Source: an uncultured Ignavibacteria bacterium | GTDB lineage: Bacteria > Zixibacteria > MSB-5A5 > SM1-73 | DNA length: 49,512 bases | Direction: 5' to 3' | Assembly (NCBI GenBank): GCA_964631815.1 | Contig: CAZWAO010000001.1 | Coordinates: 1 to 49,512, forward strand | Shown: positions 1-7,821 of the stretch, one piece after another | Numbering within the stretch: position 1 is the first letter of the stretch | Layout of the letters: the number at the start of each line of letters is the position of its first letter | Translations under genes and position numbers: made by a program | The notes under the pieces: model-generated | Seen by the model: the letters and a program-made list of their open reading frames with translations, nothing else | The model's database searches: none | Told to the model about the DNA's origin: nothing

Positions 1-644
1 ACCACCATCACTAGTTTGATGGGAACGTCCAGGAACAGCTCGGTGAAGACCACCCCGTCCTTTTCCATCAGCCGGCTCAGGACATAATCAATTCTTTCCT
101 CCACGCTCACCTTGGGGTAATTCACCGTATGGAAGGTCTCCTGCGGCTGGCCCTCCAAAACCCGCTTGAAGGCGAAAATCAAATCGGACAAAGAAGCCTC
201 TATGAGAATTTCATCCTCCGGCAGCTTCTGCACGAAGGAGAAATCCTTCCGCGGAAACCAGGCGGATTGCGCAGTCTCCTTCTCTTTCAAAATCTGGGCG
301 GCCTCCTTGAACTTGCGATATTCCAGAAGGGCGCTGACCAGCTCTTCCCGCGGATCTTCCTCTTCTTCCTCGTCCTGGGTCTTGGGCAAAAGCATCTTGG
401 CCTTGATGCGCATCAGGGTGGCTGCCATCACGATGAACTCGCCGGCCAACTCCAAGTTAAGCTCCTTCATTAATTCGATGTATCCCAGATATTGTCTGGT
501 GATGTGGGCAATGGGGATGTCGTAGATGTCGATCTTGTCCCTTTTGATAAGAAACAAGAGAAGGTCCAAGGGCCCCTCAAAGACATCCAGCTTCACTGAA
601 TAGGAAGAAGTGCCTTCCTGGCTTTGCGTTTCGATCGATTCCAT
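1..644 (-). CDS. scpA: Segregation and condensation protein A (ScpA), N-terminal ~214 aa; the rest lies beyond the window start
   Basis: Absent from the ORF track because it has no stop in the window. The reverse strand from ATG 644-642 reads MESIETQSQEGTSSYSVKLDVFEGPLDLLLFLIKRDKIDIYDIPIAHITRQYLGYIELMKELNLELAGEFIVMAATLMRIKAKMLLP..., the conserved ScpA kleisin N-terminus. A GGAGGGGGAG Shine-Dalgarno lies directly upstream. Confidence 0.8.
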   Translation of the reverse strand, partial: MESIETQSQEGTSSYSVKLDVFEGPLDLLLFLIKRDKIDIYDIPIAHITRQYLGYIELMKELNLELAGEFIVMAATLMRIKAKMLLPKTQDEEEEEDPREELVSALLEYRKFKEAAQILKEKETAQSAWFPRKDFSFVQKLPEDEILIEASLSDLIFAFKRVLEGQPQETFHTVNYPKVSVEERIDYVLSRLMEKDGVVFTELFLDVPIKLVMV

Positions 645-687
645 TCTCCCCCTCCAACGAAATCCCAGAACTGAGCCCGGTCTCCTA

Positions 688-719
688 TGCATCGGGACTA
701 CAAAGTCCCGATGCAACAG
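688..719. repeat. Solo copy of hairpin 2 of the double-hairpin repeat element (TGCATCGGGACT-ACAA-AGTCCCGATGCAACAG)
   Basis: Perfect 11-bp stem with a 4-nt loop. These 32 nt are identical to 23003-23034 and near-identical to 24596-24627. It lies 13 nt downstream of the trpS stop and upstream of the scpA start. Confidence 0.8.
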
Positions 720-731
720 ACTAAGACCGGT

Positions 732-1703
732 TTACCACATCTTCATGGCCTTCCTCACGTCCTGCATAGTGCTCTGAGCCTTGGCTCTGGCCCTGTCTGC
801 TCCTGATTCTAATACCTTTTTCACGTATGTCAAGTCTTTTTCCAGCTCTGCGCGCCTTTGTCGAATGGGCTTCAGCGCACCGTTGGTCTTCTCTGCACAC
901 ATCTTCTTGCATTTTACACAGCCCAGTTTTCCCGTGGAACAGTCCCGGTGGATGGTCAAATGATCCGGGTTGTAGATCTTGTGCAGAAGGTACACCGGGC
1001 ATTCGTCCGGGTGGCCCGGATCGCCCATGCGTATTTTCGTAGGATCGGTGTACATGGTGGAGATCTTCTTGGCTGTGGATTCGTCCGACTCGCCCATGCA
1101 GATATGATTGTTATACGACTTGCTCATTTTCCGGTTGTCTGTACCCAGGATGGCCGGAGCCTGGCTTAGCTTTCCCTGCGGCTCGGGGAATACCTCGCCG
1201 TACAGACCGTTGAACCTTCTGGCTACCTCCCGGGTGAGCTCGATGTGCGGAAGCTGGTCTTTACCCACCGGCACCCAGTTGGCCTTGTAGATCAGAATGT
1301 CTGCCGCCTGGAGCAAAGGATAGCCCAGAAACCCGTAACTATCCAATCCCAGCTCTACGCTCTTCTCCTTGTAAGAGGGCACCCTCTCCAGCCAGGGAAT
1401 GGGGACGATCATGGAAAAGAGAAGATGCAGTTCTGCGTGCTCCTTGACCTGTGACTGGATGAAGATGGCGCACTTTTCCGGGTCCAGCCCGGCGGAGAGA
1501 TAGTCGATGGCTACTTCGATTATCCTGTCGTGCAGCTGTGACGTCTGGTCGTAGTCGGACGTCAACGCATGCCAGTCGACGATGCAGCAGTACATCTCGT
1601 AGTCGTTCTGAAGCCTCACCCAGTGCCGAAGCGCACCTTCTAAATTTCCCAGGTGCAGTTGTCCGGTGGGCTGCATACCGCTTAGGATCACTTGCTTGGC
1701 CAT
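732..1703 (-). CDS. trpS: Tryptophan--tRNA ligase (TrpRS)
   Basis: 323 aa. Class I aaRS HIGH-type motif (MQPTGQLHLGN) and KMSKS are present, and the length and sequence are typical of bacterial TrpRS. Confidence 0.95.
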   Translation of the reverse strand: MAKQVILSGMQPTGQLHLGNLEGALRHWVRLQNDYEMYCCIVDWHALTSDYDQTSQLHDRIIEVAIDYLSAGLDPEKCAIFIQSQVKEHAELHLLFSMIVPIPWLERVPSYKEKSVELGLDSYGFLGYPLLQAADILIYKANWVPVGKDQLPHIELTREVARRFNGLYGEVFPEPQGKLSQAPAILGTDNRKMSKSYNNHICMGESDESTAKKISTMYTDPTKIRMGDPGHPDECPVYLLHKIYNPDHLTIHRDCSTGKLGCVKCKKMCAEKTNGALKPIRQRRAELEKDLTYVKKVLESGADRARAKAQSTMQDVRKAMKMW

Positions 1704-1825
1704 ATGCTCCTCAATAATGTATGGTCAGTTAATGGACTTCCGAATTCTCACAACTCCTGACGTTTGCCTCTGCCGACCTCTCCGTTGACCGGTTTACGTC
1801 CATCCTCTGGCACCTTGGACGTTTA

Positions 1826-2332
1826 TCAATCCAGAAAGAGATATTGCTTCCATCGCTGGTCCGAAATCCCGATGAACTGCTGAATGAAGGTGATATGGGT
1901 AGGCCGTCTCGGCTCTCTGACAAGTTTGAAACCCGCCTGCTCTGGTGTACGATTGCCTTTCATGTTATTGCAGTTTATACAGGCACAGACTAAGTTCTCC
2001 CAGGTGTCCTTCCCCCCGAAAATTTTGGGGATGACGTGATCCACGGTCATGAGGCCGTGCGAGTCCCCGCAGTATTGACATCGATGTCCATCTCTCTTGA
2101 CCACGTTCTTGCGGGTGAGAAGAATCCTCTTGTGAGGAACCTGAATATAGAAGCCGAGTCTCACCACGCTGGGGAGCGGAATCGACGCGGAGATCGAACG
2201 AATCATCTGCCCATCGCACCTTTCTATTATCTCAGCCTTGCCCAGATACACCAAAACCACTGCCCTTCTCGCGGTGCAAACCGAAAGGGGCTCGTAGTTT
2301 TGGTTAAGCACCAGAACGTTTCTGTTTAGCAT
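1826..2332 (-). CDS. Small stand-alone HNH endonuclease
   Basis: 168 aa. HNH/zinc-knuckle core: DGHRCQYCG...TVDHVIPKIFGG...WENLVCACINCNNMKGNRTP. Confidence 0.8.
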   Translation of the reverse strand: MLNRNVLVLNQNYEPLSVCTARRAVVLVYLGKAEIIERCDGQMIRSISASIPLPSVVRLGFYIQVPHKRILLTRKNVVKRDGHRCQYCGDSHGLMTVDHVIPKIFGGKDTWENLVCACINCNNMKGNRTPEQAGFKLVREPRRPTHITFIQQFIGISDQRWKQYLFLD

Positions 2333-2374
2333 GGCCCAAACTCGCGTGTGATCTAAAAGCGTTCTTAAATTCCC

Positions 2375-2402
2375 AATCTATTCAAATCGCTCCGTATGTC
2401 AA
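2375..2402 (-). promoter_or_regulatory. Putative sigma70 promoter for the HNH-trpS transcription unit
   Basis: The reverse strand reads TTGACA-N16-TAGATT, about 40 nt upstream of the HNH start codon. Confidence 0.4.
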
Positions 2403-2774
2403 CGGTTTTTTGATCTTGCCTCGTCAGACGACGCGGCTTGCGTGGCTTGCCGGCGATGGATCGAACGCGAGATTGAATCTCCGGAGAATTGGATTCAGTG
2501 AAACATAGACTAGATTGGAGCACAAGAGACCGTTTTCACATCGTGGTTCGAGCGTTCAGTCAGAGCAAGCCACTTTATGACCAACTCAATCATTCTCAGT
2601 TTCTTTGTTTTCAGGCGGCTGTCCGACTAAAGGCACGGTAAAGCCTTTTACCTATTTTGTTGTCACCCTTGGCCAGCGTGGAACCTGGCGAGTTTACTGG
2701 GGTCGCCGGAAATCAGGTCTTCTGACGACTGCTCTGATGTTACTGGTTTATCCCTATACCCAGGAAAAAACTAG

Positions 2775-2803
2775 TTGACAGGTGTCTTCCTTTGAGTTAA
2801 TTG
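2775..2803 (+). promoter_or_regulatory. Weak candidate promoter (TTGACA-N17-TAATTG)
   Basis: Perfect -35 hexamer but a poor -10. It would give a ~230-nt leader before the 3036 start. Confidence 0.25.
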
Positions 2804-3035
2804 GAGGCGGGTAAACCAACGCACAAATATATAGCACGGGACTGAGCCACAAGAGAAAGGGTCAAGTAGTGCGCCAAGGGGTGTCGCGGTACTGAGACTT
2901 GCTGTCTCTCTTGCAGTGCTCCCTCTCCTGCGGGCAATACTGAAGGGATCGAATCAATATCTGGGGTGCGAGGCGGCCCAGTACTCGAGGTTGGCTCTTC
3001 GAGTATACCTGGGACCTGCCGAAGGAGCACTCTCT

Positions 3036-3917
3036 ATGGCCGTTCTTCAGGAACGTCTGCAACATGCTGAGCGCAGACCGATCCCTGCATGCAACAAACG
3101 GTCTTCTGCCCACAAAGATTCATCGGTGTTGAGATGGGCAGAGAGCTTCCTGTTTGCAGGCTGTTCCGCTCTTTTGTTACTCATCGCCAAGACATTTCCT
3201 CACTACTGGTATTTCTCGTTCTTTGCGCTGACGCCTTTTCTTTATAGAATCATCACCAGTCCACCTCAAGAGTCTCCTCGAATGGGATTCCTGCTCGGCC
3301 TTTCCTTCTTCGGAGCTTATTTGGGCCACTCTCTGGTGGAAGCACCTTTAGTTCATCTTCCCACGCTGGTAGTCGGCACGTTTCTCTTCTCGCTGTTCGG
3401 ATGGGCGGTCGGGTGGTTCCGTGAGCGCTGGGGATTCAGCGCCTCAATTGCGGCCTTACTTTGGGTGGGCTTGGAGATGGGACTGCTGAAATTCGGCTTT
3501 GCCGGCGGGATTCTTGTGGAACCCGGGTTTTCTGATCCTTTTCTGCATGGCTTGATCGGCCTGCTTGGATTTCTCGCGGTCTCAGCCCTCATAGTCGTCC
3601 TCGACTCTTTTCTGATTTTGGCAGTTCTCAAAACCCTCGAGATGGTTGAAAGGTGGAGGGAGGCGGTAGAGAGAGGGAACAGCAGACGGTATGCAGCTTC
3701 CGGCTCGAAATCGATGCGGGAGAAGACACACCTTGTGCCTGAGGGCCGAGCACCGCCTATGCAGAGGAATCTGCGTCTTTTACCTCTGAGAGGCGCAGTC
3801 GTCACTAAGGAAAACTGCAAGCCTATGGCTTACTCCGCCAGCGAAGTTTCAACTGAATGTCATATCTGGAATGGCGTTGGAGCCCGAGCTTTCATCCTCA
3901 TGCTGGAGGGTAATTAG
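3036..3917 (+). CDS. Polytopic membrane protein of unknown function (Lnt N-terminal-like hydrophobic region, no nitrilase domain)
   Basis: The ORF track gives 2916-3917. ATG 3036 is preceded by GAAGGAG (3021-3027). There are at least five hydrophobic segments (FLFAGCSALLLLIA, YWYFSFFALTPFLY, GFLLGLSFFGAYLG, LVVGTFLFSLFGWAVGW, LIGLLGFLAVSALIVVL). The C-terminal ~90 aa are compositionally odd. Confidence 0.5.
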   Translation: MAVLQERLQHAERRPIPACNKRSSAHKDSSVLRWAESFLFAGCSALLLLIAKTFPHYWYFSFFALTPFLYRIITSPPQESPRMGFLLGLSFFGAYLGHSLVEAPLVHLPTLVVGTFLFSLFGWAVGWFRERWGFSASIAALLWVGLEMGLLKFGFAGGILVEPGFSDPFLHGLIGLLGFLAVSALIVVLDSFLILAVLKTLEMVERWREAVERGNSRRYAASGSKSMREKTHLVPEGRAPPMQRNLRLLPLRGAVVTKENCKPMAYSASEVSTECHIWNGVGARAFILMLEGN

Positions 3918-3918
3918 A

Positions 3919-4389
3919 ATGAAGCGGAATGTCATAAGCATCATAGCTCTATCACTCTTGTTCCTTCTCGCGAACGTAAGTCTAGCTTACGGTACGACCC
4001 ACGACGTCCAGTTGGGTCCGGAACCGTGTCCCCCTAATATCCCCGATCCTCAACCTTCGCGCTTGCAGATAAGTACTGGAGACTTCGTTAGATTTCACAC
4101 AAGTGCCTCATGCGACTTCTGGGTGAGGGGACAGGCACCGATCGGAGAATTCCGTTTAGGGATCCACGGTGATACTGAGAGGGTCGTGGGACCTTTCACT
4201 GGGAAGCTTACCACTTGGGATTACTGGGTCGTTGATGGTGCAGTGGGAGAGGATTCCACGGCCGGGATTATCTACATACCGACTGGGTCTCTCCTTACGC
4301 AACTGGGAACGATCATTCTGGTCCTGTTGATGGCAGTAAGCGCCGCCTGGATTCTTACAAAGAGAAAAAGGAGACCGGTGCCGGTTTAG
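3919..4389 (+). CDS. Small secreted protein with a C-terminal TM anchor and basic tail (sorting-signal-like)
   Basis: ATG 3919 is preceded by GGAGGG (3905-3910). Signal peptide MKRNVISIIALSLLFLLANVSLAYG. The C-terminus is IPTGSLLTQLGTIILVLLMAVSAAWILTKRKRRPVPV. The ORF-track start at 3871 would overlap the preceding gene. Confidence 0.6.
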   Translation: MKRNVISIIALSLLFLLANVSLAYGTTHDVQLGPEPCPPNIPDPQPSRLQISTGDFVRFHTSASCDFWVRGQAPIGEFRLGIHGDTERVVGPFTGKLTTWDYWVVDGAVGEDSTAGIIYIPTGSLLTQLGTIILVLLMAVSAAWILTKRKRRPVPV

Positions 4390-4440
4390 AGGTGGTTTGC
4401 TGACAAACAGAGATAGCTGAGCCAAAACAGGAAAACCACG

Positions 4441-4469
4441 TTGGGGCAGGGGTTCAACCCCTGCCCCAA
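4441..4469. terminator. Perfect 12-bp hairpin (TTGGGGCAGGGG-TTCAA-CCCCTGCCCCAA) downstream of 3919-4389
   Basis: Palindrome read directly from the sequence. There is no U-tract on the plus strand, so terminator function is uncertain. Confidence 0.35.
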
Positions 4470-4671
4470 CCAATATCCGCTTCATCTCCCTGTGCCTCTA
4501 ATCCCGAACAGCATCGCGTCTTTTCCGGCAGGACGAAGTTGACCGTCTAGCGGATGTGGAAACCACTCCAATATCAATACCCCCCGGAGCGCTTCCCATG
4601 AGCGAAAACAACCCTCTTTCCCCTCACTGGCGGCCTCTCACACAAATCATCCTGGCAGTGGGATAAATGCC

Positions 4672-4700
4672 TTGCCATGAAGTTCTATAGAGTTTATATT
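4672..4700 (+). promoter_or_regulatory. Sigma70-type promoter TTGCCA-N17-TATATT
   Basis: Hexamers read directly from the sequence, ~50 nt upstream of ATG 4753. Confidence 0.5.
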
Positions 4701-4752
4701 TAGCAGTTACGTCAAACGGGTTGATGGAATTTCTCTCTGGCAGTTTGTTCCT

Positions 4753-5946
4753 ATGATCAAGAAGGTAATCATCGAGAAAGCCGAAAGGCTGCAAAAGATT
4801 CCTCCCGGTTCATCCGTGGAGACCAGAAGAATCAAGCTGAGCCTAATGCGCAGAGGAGTGGATATTATTGACCTGGGGGACCTAAATCCCGACCCGTCGC
4901 TTAGGGATTTTTTCATCTTGCCCCTGGATAAGGGCGATATGTTCGTCCCTTGCGATTCCACGACCTGGCAGCAGCTAAAGCGAGAATCGGGTAAGTGGTT
5001 ACAACAGAAATACGATGTGAGAGTCCGGGCTGACACCGAGGTTCTGCCCTTTTTTGGCGAGAAAAGGGTACTCCATCAACTGCTCTCGAGTCTGCTCAAC
5101 CCCGGCGATCTGGTGGCCGTGCCCGATCCTTGCGATCCGACATACAGGACGGCTTCCATTCTGGCCGGGGCCGAGGTGGAGGTCTTTCCCCTGCTGGAAA
5201 GAAACGATTATCTTCCCAATCTCACTGCACTGCCCTCCTCCGGCCGGGGAGCAAAGTTACCCAAGATTCTTTTCTTAAACTACCCGCACGATCCGACTTC
5301 GGCCGTCACCGACTCGGGCTTTTATCGCGAGGTGGTGGAGTGGGCCGGGAAAAAGAACGTGCTGGTGATAAACGACGTTTCAGGAAACGAGATATGTTAT
5401 GACGATCATACGCCGGTTTCGCTGTTACAAGCTAAGGGCGCCAGGAAATTGGCATTGGAGAAATTCTCCTTTTTCGCGCTGACCGGCATTCAGTTCGGGT
5501 TCCTGGCGGGAGACAGGGGCCTCATCGCTCAAACGGAATCGCTGCAGCAGGCTCTCGGTGATTTCCCGTCAAAGGCTCTGGTGCTTCAAGCGCTGGAGCT
5601 GTTGCGAAGATACCCGGAAATATCACACAGAAACAACCTGGAGTTCAGCCTGAGAAAGGCTACTTTGCTCAAAGAGCTCTTTAAGCTCAATTGGAGGGCC
5701 CGAAAGCCCAAAGCCGGGCCCTTTATCTGGGCTAAGGTCCCGGCCAGATATTCTTCCGTCGGGTTCTCCCGCATGCTTCTCAGGAAAGCCGGGGTGATCG
5801 TCTCTCCGGGATTCGGATTCGGCGAGCACGGGGAGGGATATGTTCGGATAGCGTTGAACCCGCCGGCAGAACAACTACACCAAGCCACGGATAGGCTGCT
5901 TTTACACTCCCATATCTGGCAAAGGAGATACCGGCCGAAATCCTGA
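4753..5946 (+). CDS. Class I/II aminotransferase-fold protein, divergent (PLP-site residues non-canonical)
   Basis: 397 aa. Family blocks are recognisable: LFLNYPHDPTSAV (cf. NPxNPTG), VLVINDVS (cf. SDEIY), FSFFALTGIQFGFLAG (cf. SKxxxMTGWRIGY) and GYVRIAL near the C-terminus. Confidence 0.75.
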   Translation: MIKKVIIEKAERLQKIPPGSSVETRRIKLSLMRRGVDIIDLGDLNPDPSLRDFFILPLDKGDMFVPCDSTTWQQLKRESGKWLQQKYDVRVRADTEVLPFFGEKRVLHQLLSSLLNPGDLVAVPDPCDPTYRTASILAGAEVEVFPLLERNDYLPNLTALPSSGRGAKLPKILFLNYPHDPTSAVTDSGFYREVVEWAGKKNVLVINDVSGNEICYDDHTPVSLLQAKGARKLALEKFSFFALTGIQFGFLAGDRGLIAQTESLQQALGDFPSKALVLQALELLRRYPEISHRNNLEFSLRKATLLKELFKLNWRARKPKAGPFIWAKVPARYSSVGFSRMLLRKAGVIVSPGFGFGEHGEGYVRIALNPPAEQLHQATDRLLLHSHIWQRRYRPKS

Positions 5947-6105
5947 TGTCCCGTAACCGAACCAAAGTTGATCTTCGGACAAGTCGTATGGTAAGCATGG
6001 CCGTCCGGCAACAGATCAGACCGGCACCATAATCGAAACGTGTTTCTTGGTAATCGACCAGAAGGGCTGCGGATCAAGCGGTGCTGACTGCATAAACTTG
6101 AGCAC

Positions 6106-6507
6106 ATGGGCATTATTAGATTACATAACATGACCTTTTACGGTTACCACGGCATTTCTGCTGCGGAAAGACAGACCGGAAGAAGGTTCGAGGTGGACGT
6201 CGAGCTGGTGGTGGATATGGATCGGCCGGCCAAAACCGATCGACTCAAGGACACGGTCAATTACACCCAGGTGTATCGGACCGTGGAAGAGCTGGTGGAG
6301 CAAAACAGCTTCGCCCTTCTCGAAACCATAGCGGTCAGATTGGCCAACCAGATACTGGCCAAGTTCAAGACCCAGGAGGTCACCGTGAGGGTCAGAAAGA
6401 AGATCCCTCCGGTGCCGGGAAATTTGGACCACATTGAAGTGGAGGTCAGGCGAAGAAGGGATAAGCCACAGTCCGGAAGTTCGCGAAAAACGGCCGCTCG
6501 CAGGTGA
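6106..6507 (+). CDS. folB: Dihydroneopterin aldolase
   Basis: 133 aa. MTFYGYHGISAAERQTGRRFEVDVEL...DTVNYTQVY...LLETIAVRLAN is typical FolB. Confidence 0.85.
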   Translation: MGIIRLHNMTFYGYHGISAAERQTGRRFEVDVELVVDMDRPAKTDRLKDTVNYTQVYRTVEELVEQNSFALLETIAVRLANQILAKFKTQEVTVRVRKKIPPVPGNLDHIEVEVRRRRDKPQSGSSRKTAARR

Positions 6508-6537
6508 TTCCGTCTTCCGCGGAGCATTCGTCGTCAG

Positions 6538-7059
6538 ATGCCGATTGGGGAGCCGAGGTGTGACGTGTCGACCGCATACATCAGCTTGGGATCCAATCTG
6601 GGGAACCGAATCGGCTCTCTCAAGGAAGCGCTCGACAGGCTGGGCGGATCGGAAGAGGTCATCATCGTCAAACGATCACCGGTTTACGAGACGCAGCCGG
6701 TGGGACCACAAGACCAGCGCTGGTTTCTCAACCTGGTGATTGGGGTCCAAACGACGCTCGACCCCGAATCGCTGCTCGATCGGCTCTTGGCCGTCGAGGA
6801 TCAGATGGGAAGAAAAAGGGATGAGCATTGGGGCCCGCGAAACATCGACTTAGACATCCTGCTTTATGACGATCGCATCGTGAACACAAACCGGCTCATC
6901 ATTCCTCATCCCCGCTTGCACCAGAGAAGATTCGTCCTGGTTCCTCTGTCCGAGATCGCCTCCCAAGCAAGCCATCCTATTCTGAAGAAGACGATAAGAG
7001 AGCTTCTGGATGGCTGCCGGGATGCTCATGTTGTGCGGTTCTATCAGGAAAAAATCTGA
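6538..7059 (+). CDS. folK: 2-amino-4-hydroxy-6-hydroxymethyldihydropteridine pyrophosphokinase (HPPK)
   Basis: AYISLGSNLGN...SPVYETQPVG...WGPRNIDLDILLY...IPHPRLHQRRFVLVPL. An alternative GTG start at 6565 has a better-spaced GAGG. Confidence 0.85.
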   Translation: MPIGEPRCDVSTAYISLGSNLGNRIGSLKEALDRLGGSEEVIIVKRSPVYETQPVGPQDQRWFLNLVIGVQTTLDPESLLDRLLAVEDQMGRKRDEHWGPRNIDLDILLYDDRIVNTNRLIIPHPRLHQRRFVLVPLSEIASQASHPILKKTIRELLDGCRDAHVVRFYQEKI

Positions 7060-7066
7060 ATTTCTT

Positions 7067-7095
7067 TTGCAGGCTATGGTCTTCGCGCGTATATT
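7067..7095 (+). promoter_or_regulatory. Sigma70-type promoter TTGCAG-N17-TATATT
   Basis: Read directly from the sequence, ~45 nt upstream of ATG 7141. Confidence 0.45.
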
Positions 7096-7140
7096 GAACC
7101 AACACAGCAAACCATCCTTCTGAGTCGAGGAATTTTCGGC

Positions 7141-7782
7141 ATGGGTGAAATTAACTACATCAACATCGAAGGTCCCCTGGGGGCGGGCACCACCAGCCTA
7201 GCAAAGATACTGGCGGACAGGTTGAACGCCAGGCTGATTCTGGAGGAGACCGAACAGAATCCTTTTCTCGCAGACTTCTACAAAGATAGAAGAAGATACG
7301 CCTTCCAAACCCAGCTGTTCTTTTTGCTTTCCCGGCACAAGCAGCAACAGGAGCTTTTCACCACCGACCTGTTTCACAAAAGGGTGATAACCGACTATTT
7401 CTTCGACAAGGACCGGATATTCGCCTCGGTTACCTTGGACGAGAGGGAACTCTATTTATATGAGCGGGTCTTGTCGGTTCTGGAAAGGGACGTCCCCAAG
7501 CCGGATCTGGTGCTGTACCTGCAAGCCTCATCGGAAGTCCTGCTCAAGAGAATCAGAGAGCGCAACCGGTCATATGAAAAGAACATCGATCTGGGTTACA
7601 TTCGCGAGTTAAACGAGGCTTACAATTACTATTTCTTTCACTACACCAGAACCCCGCTCTTGGTGGTAAACACCGACCGCATAGATTTCGTCAATCACGA
7701 AGAGGACTTAAGAGATATTCTGAATCTCTTGTCCTCTCCCCTCTCCGGAACCAAGTACTACGTTCCACTGGGAGAAGTATAA
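7141..7782 (+). CDS. Deoxynucleoside kinase family protein
   Basis: 213 aa. P-loop IEGPLGAGTTSLA, then NPFLADFY...AFQTQLFFLLSR and LLKRIRERNRSYE, typical of dNK (dAK/dGK/dCK) enzymes. Confidence 0.8.
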   Translation: MGEINYINIEGPLGAGTTSLAKILADRLNARLILEETEQNPFLADFYKDRRRYAFQTQLFFLLSRHKQQQELFTTDLFHKRVITDYFFDKDRIFASVTLDERELYLYERVLSVLERDVPKPDLVLYLQASSEVLLKRIRERNRSYEKNIDLGYIRELNEAYNYYFFHYTRTPLLVVNTDRIDFVNHEEDLRDILNLLSSPLSGTKYYVPLGEV

Positions 7783-7821
7783 GCGGCATCTCAACCTCCG
7801 ATTACAGGAAAGGCGCTTATC

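Noticed and set aside
1704-1825. Possible T-box leader upstream of trpS
   Set aside because: The gap is only 122 nt. No specifier-loop or T-box (AGGGUGGNACCGCG-like) sequence is recognisable, and trpS is probably co-transcribed with the HNH gene.
2876-2965. TPP (THI-box) riboswitch-like string GGGGTG...CTGAGA...CCTGCGGGCAATACTGAAGGGA
   Set aside because: The spacing between CTGAGA and the expected ACCC partner is wrong. The GAGA is sequestered in a local GAGAC-TTGCT-GTCTC hairpin. The P4/P5 pairing is absent, and the downstream gene is unrelated to thiamine.
2916-3035. ORF-track upstream starts at 2916, 3871, 20849, 22997, 25250, 27153, 33960, 34990 and 37696
   Set aside because: In each case an internal start has a proper Shine-Dalgarno and begins the conserved protein or signal peptide. 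The extension either overlaps a repeat, a promoter or the neighbouring gene, or is compositionally aberrant.
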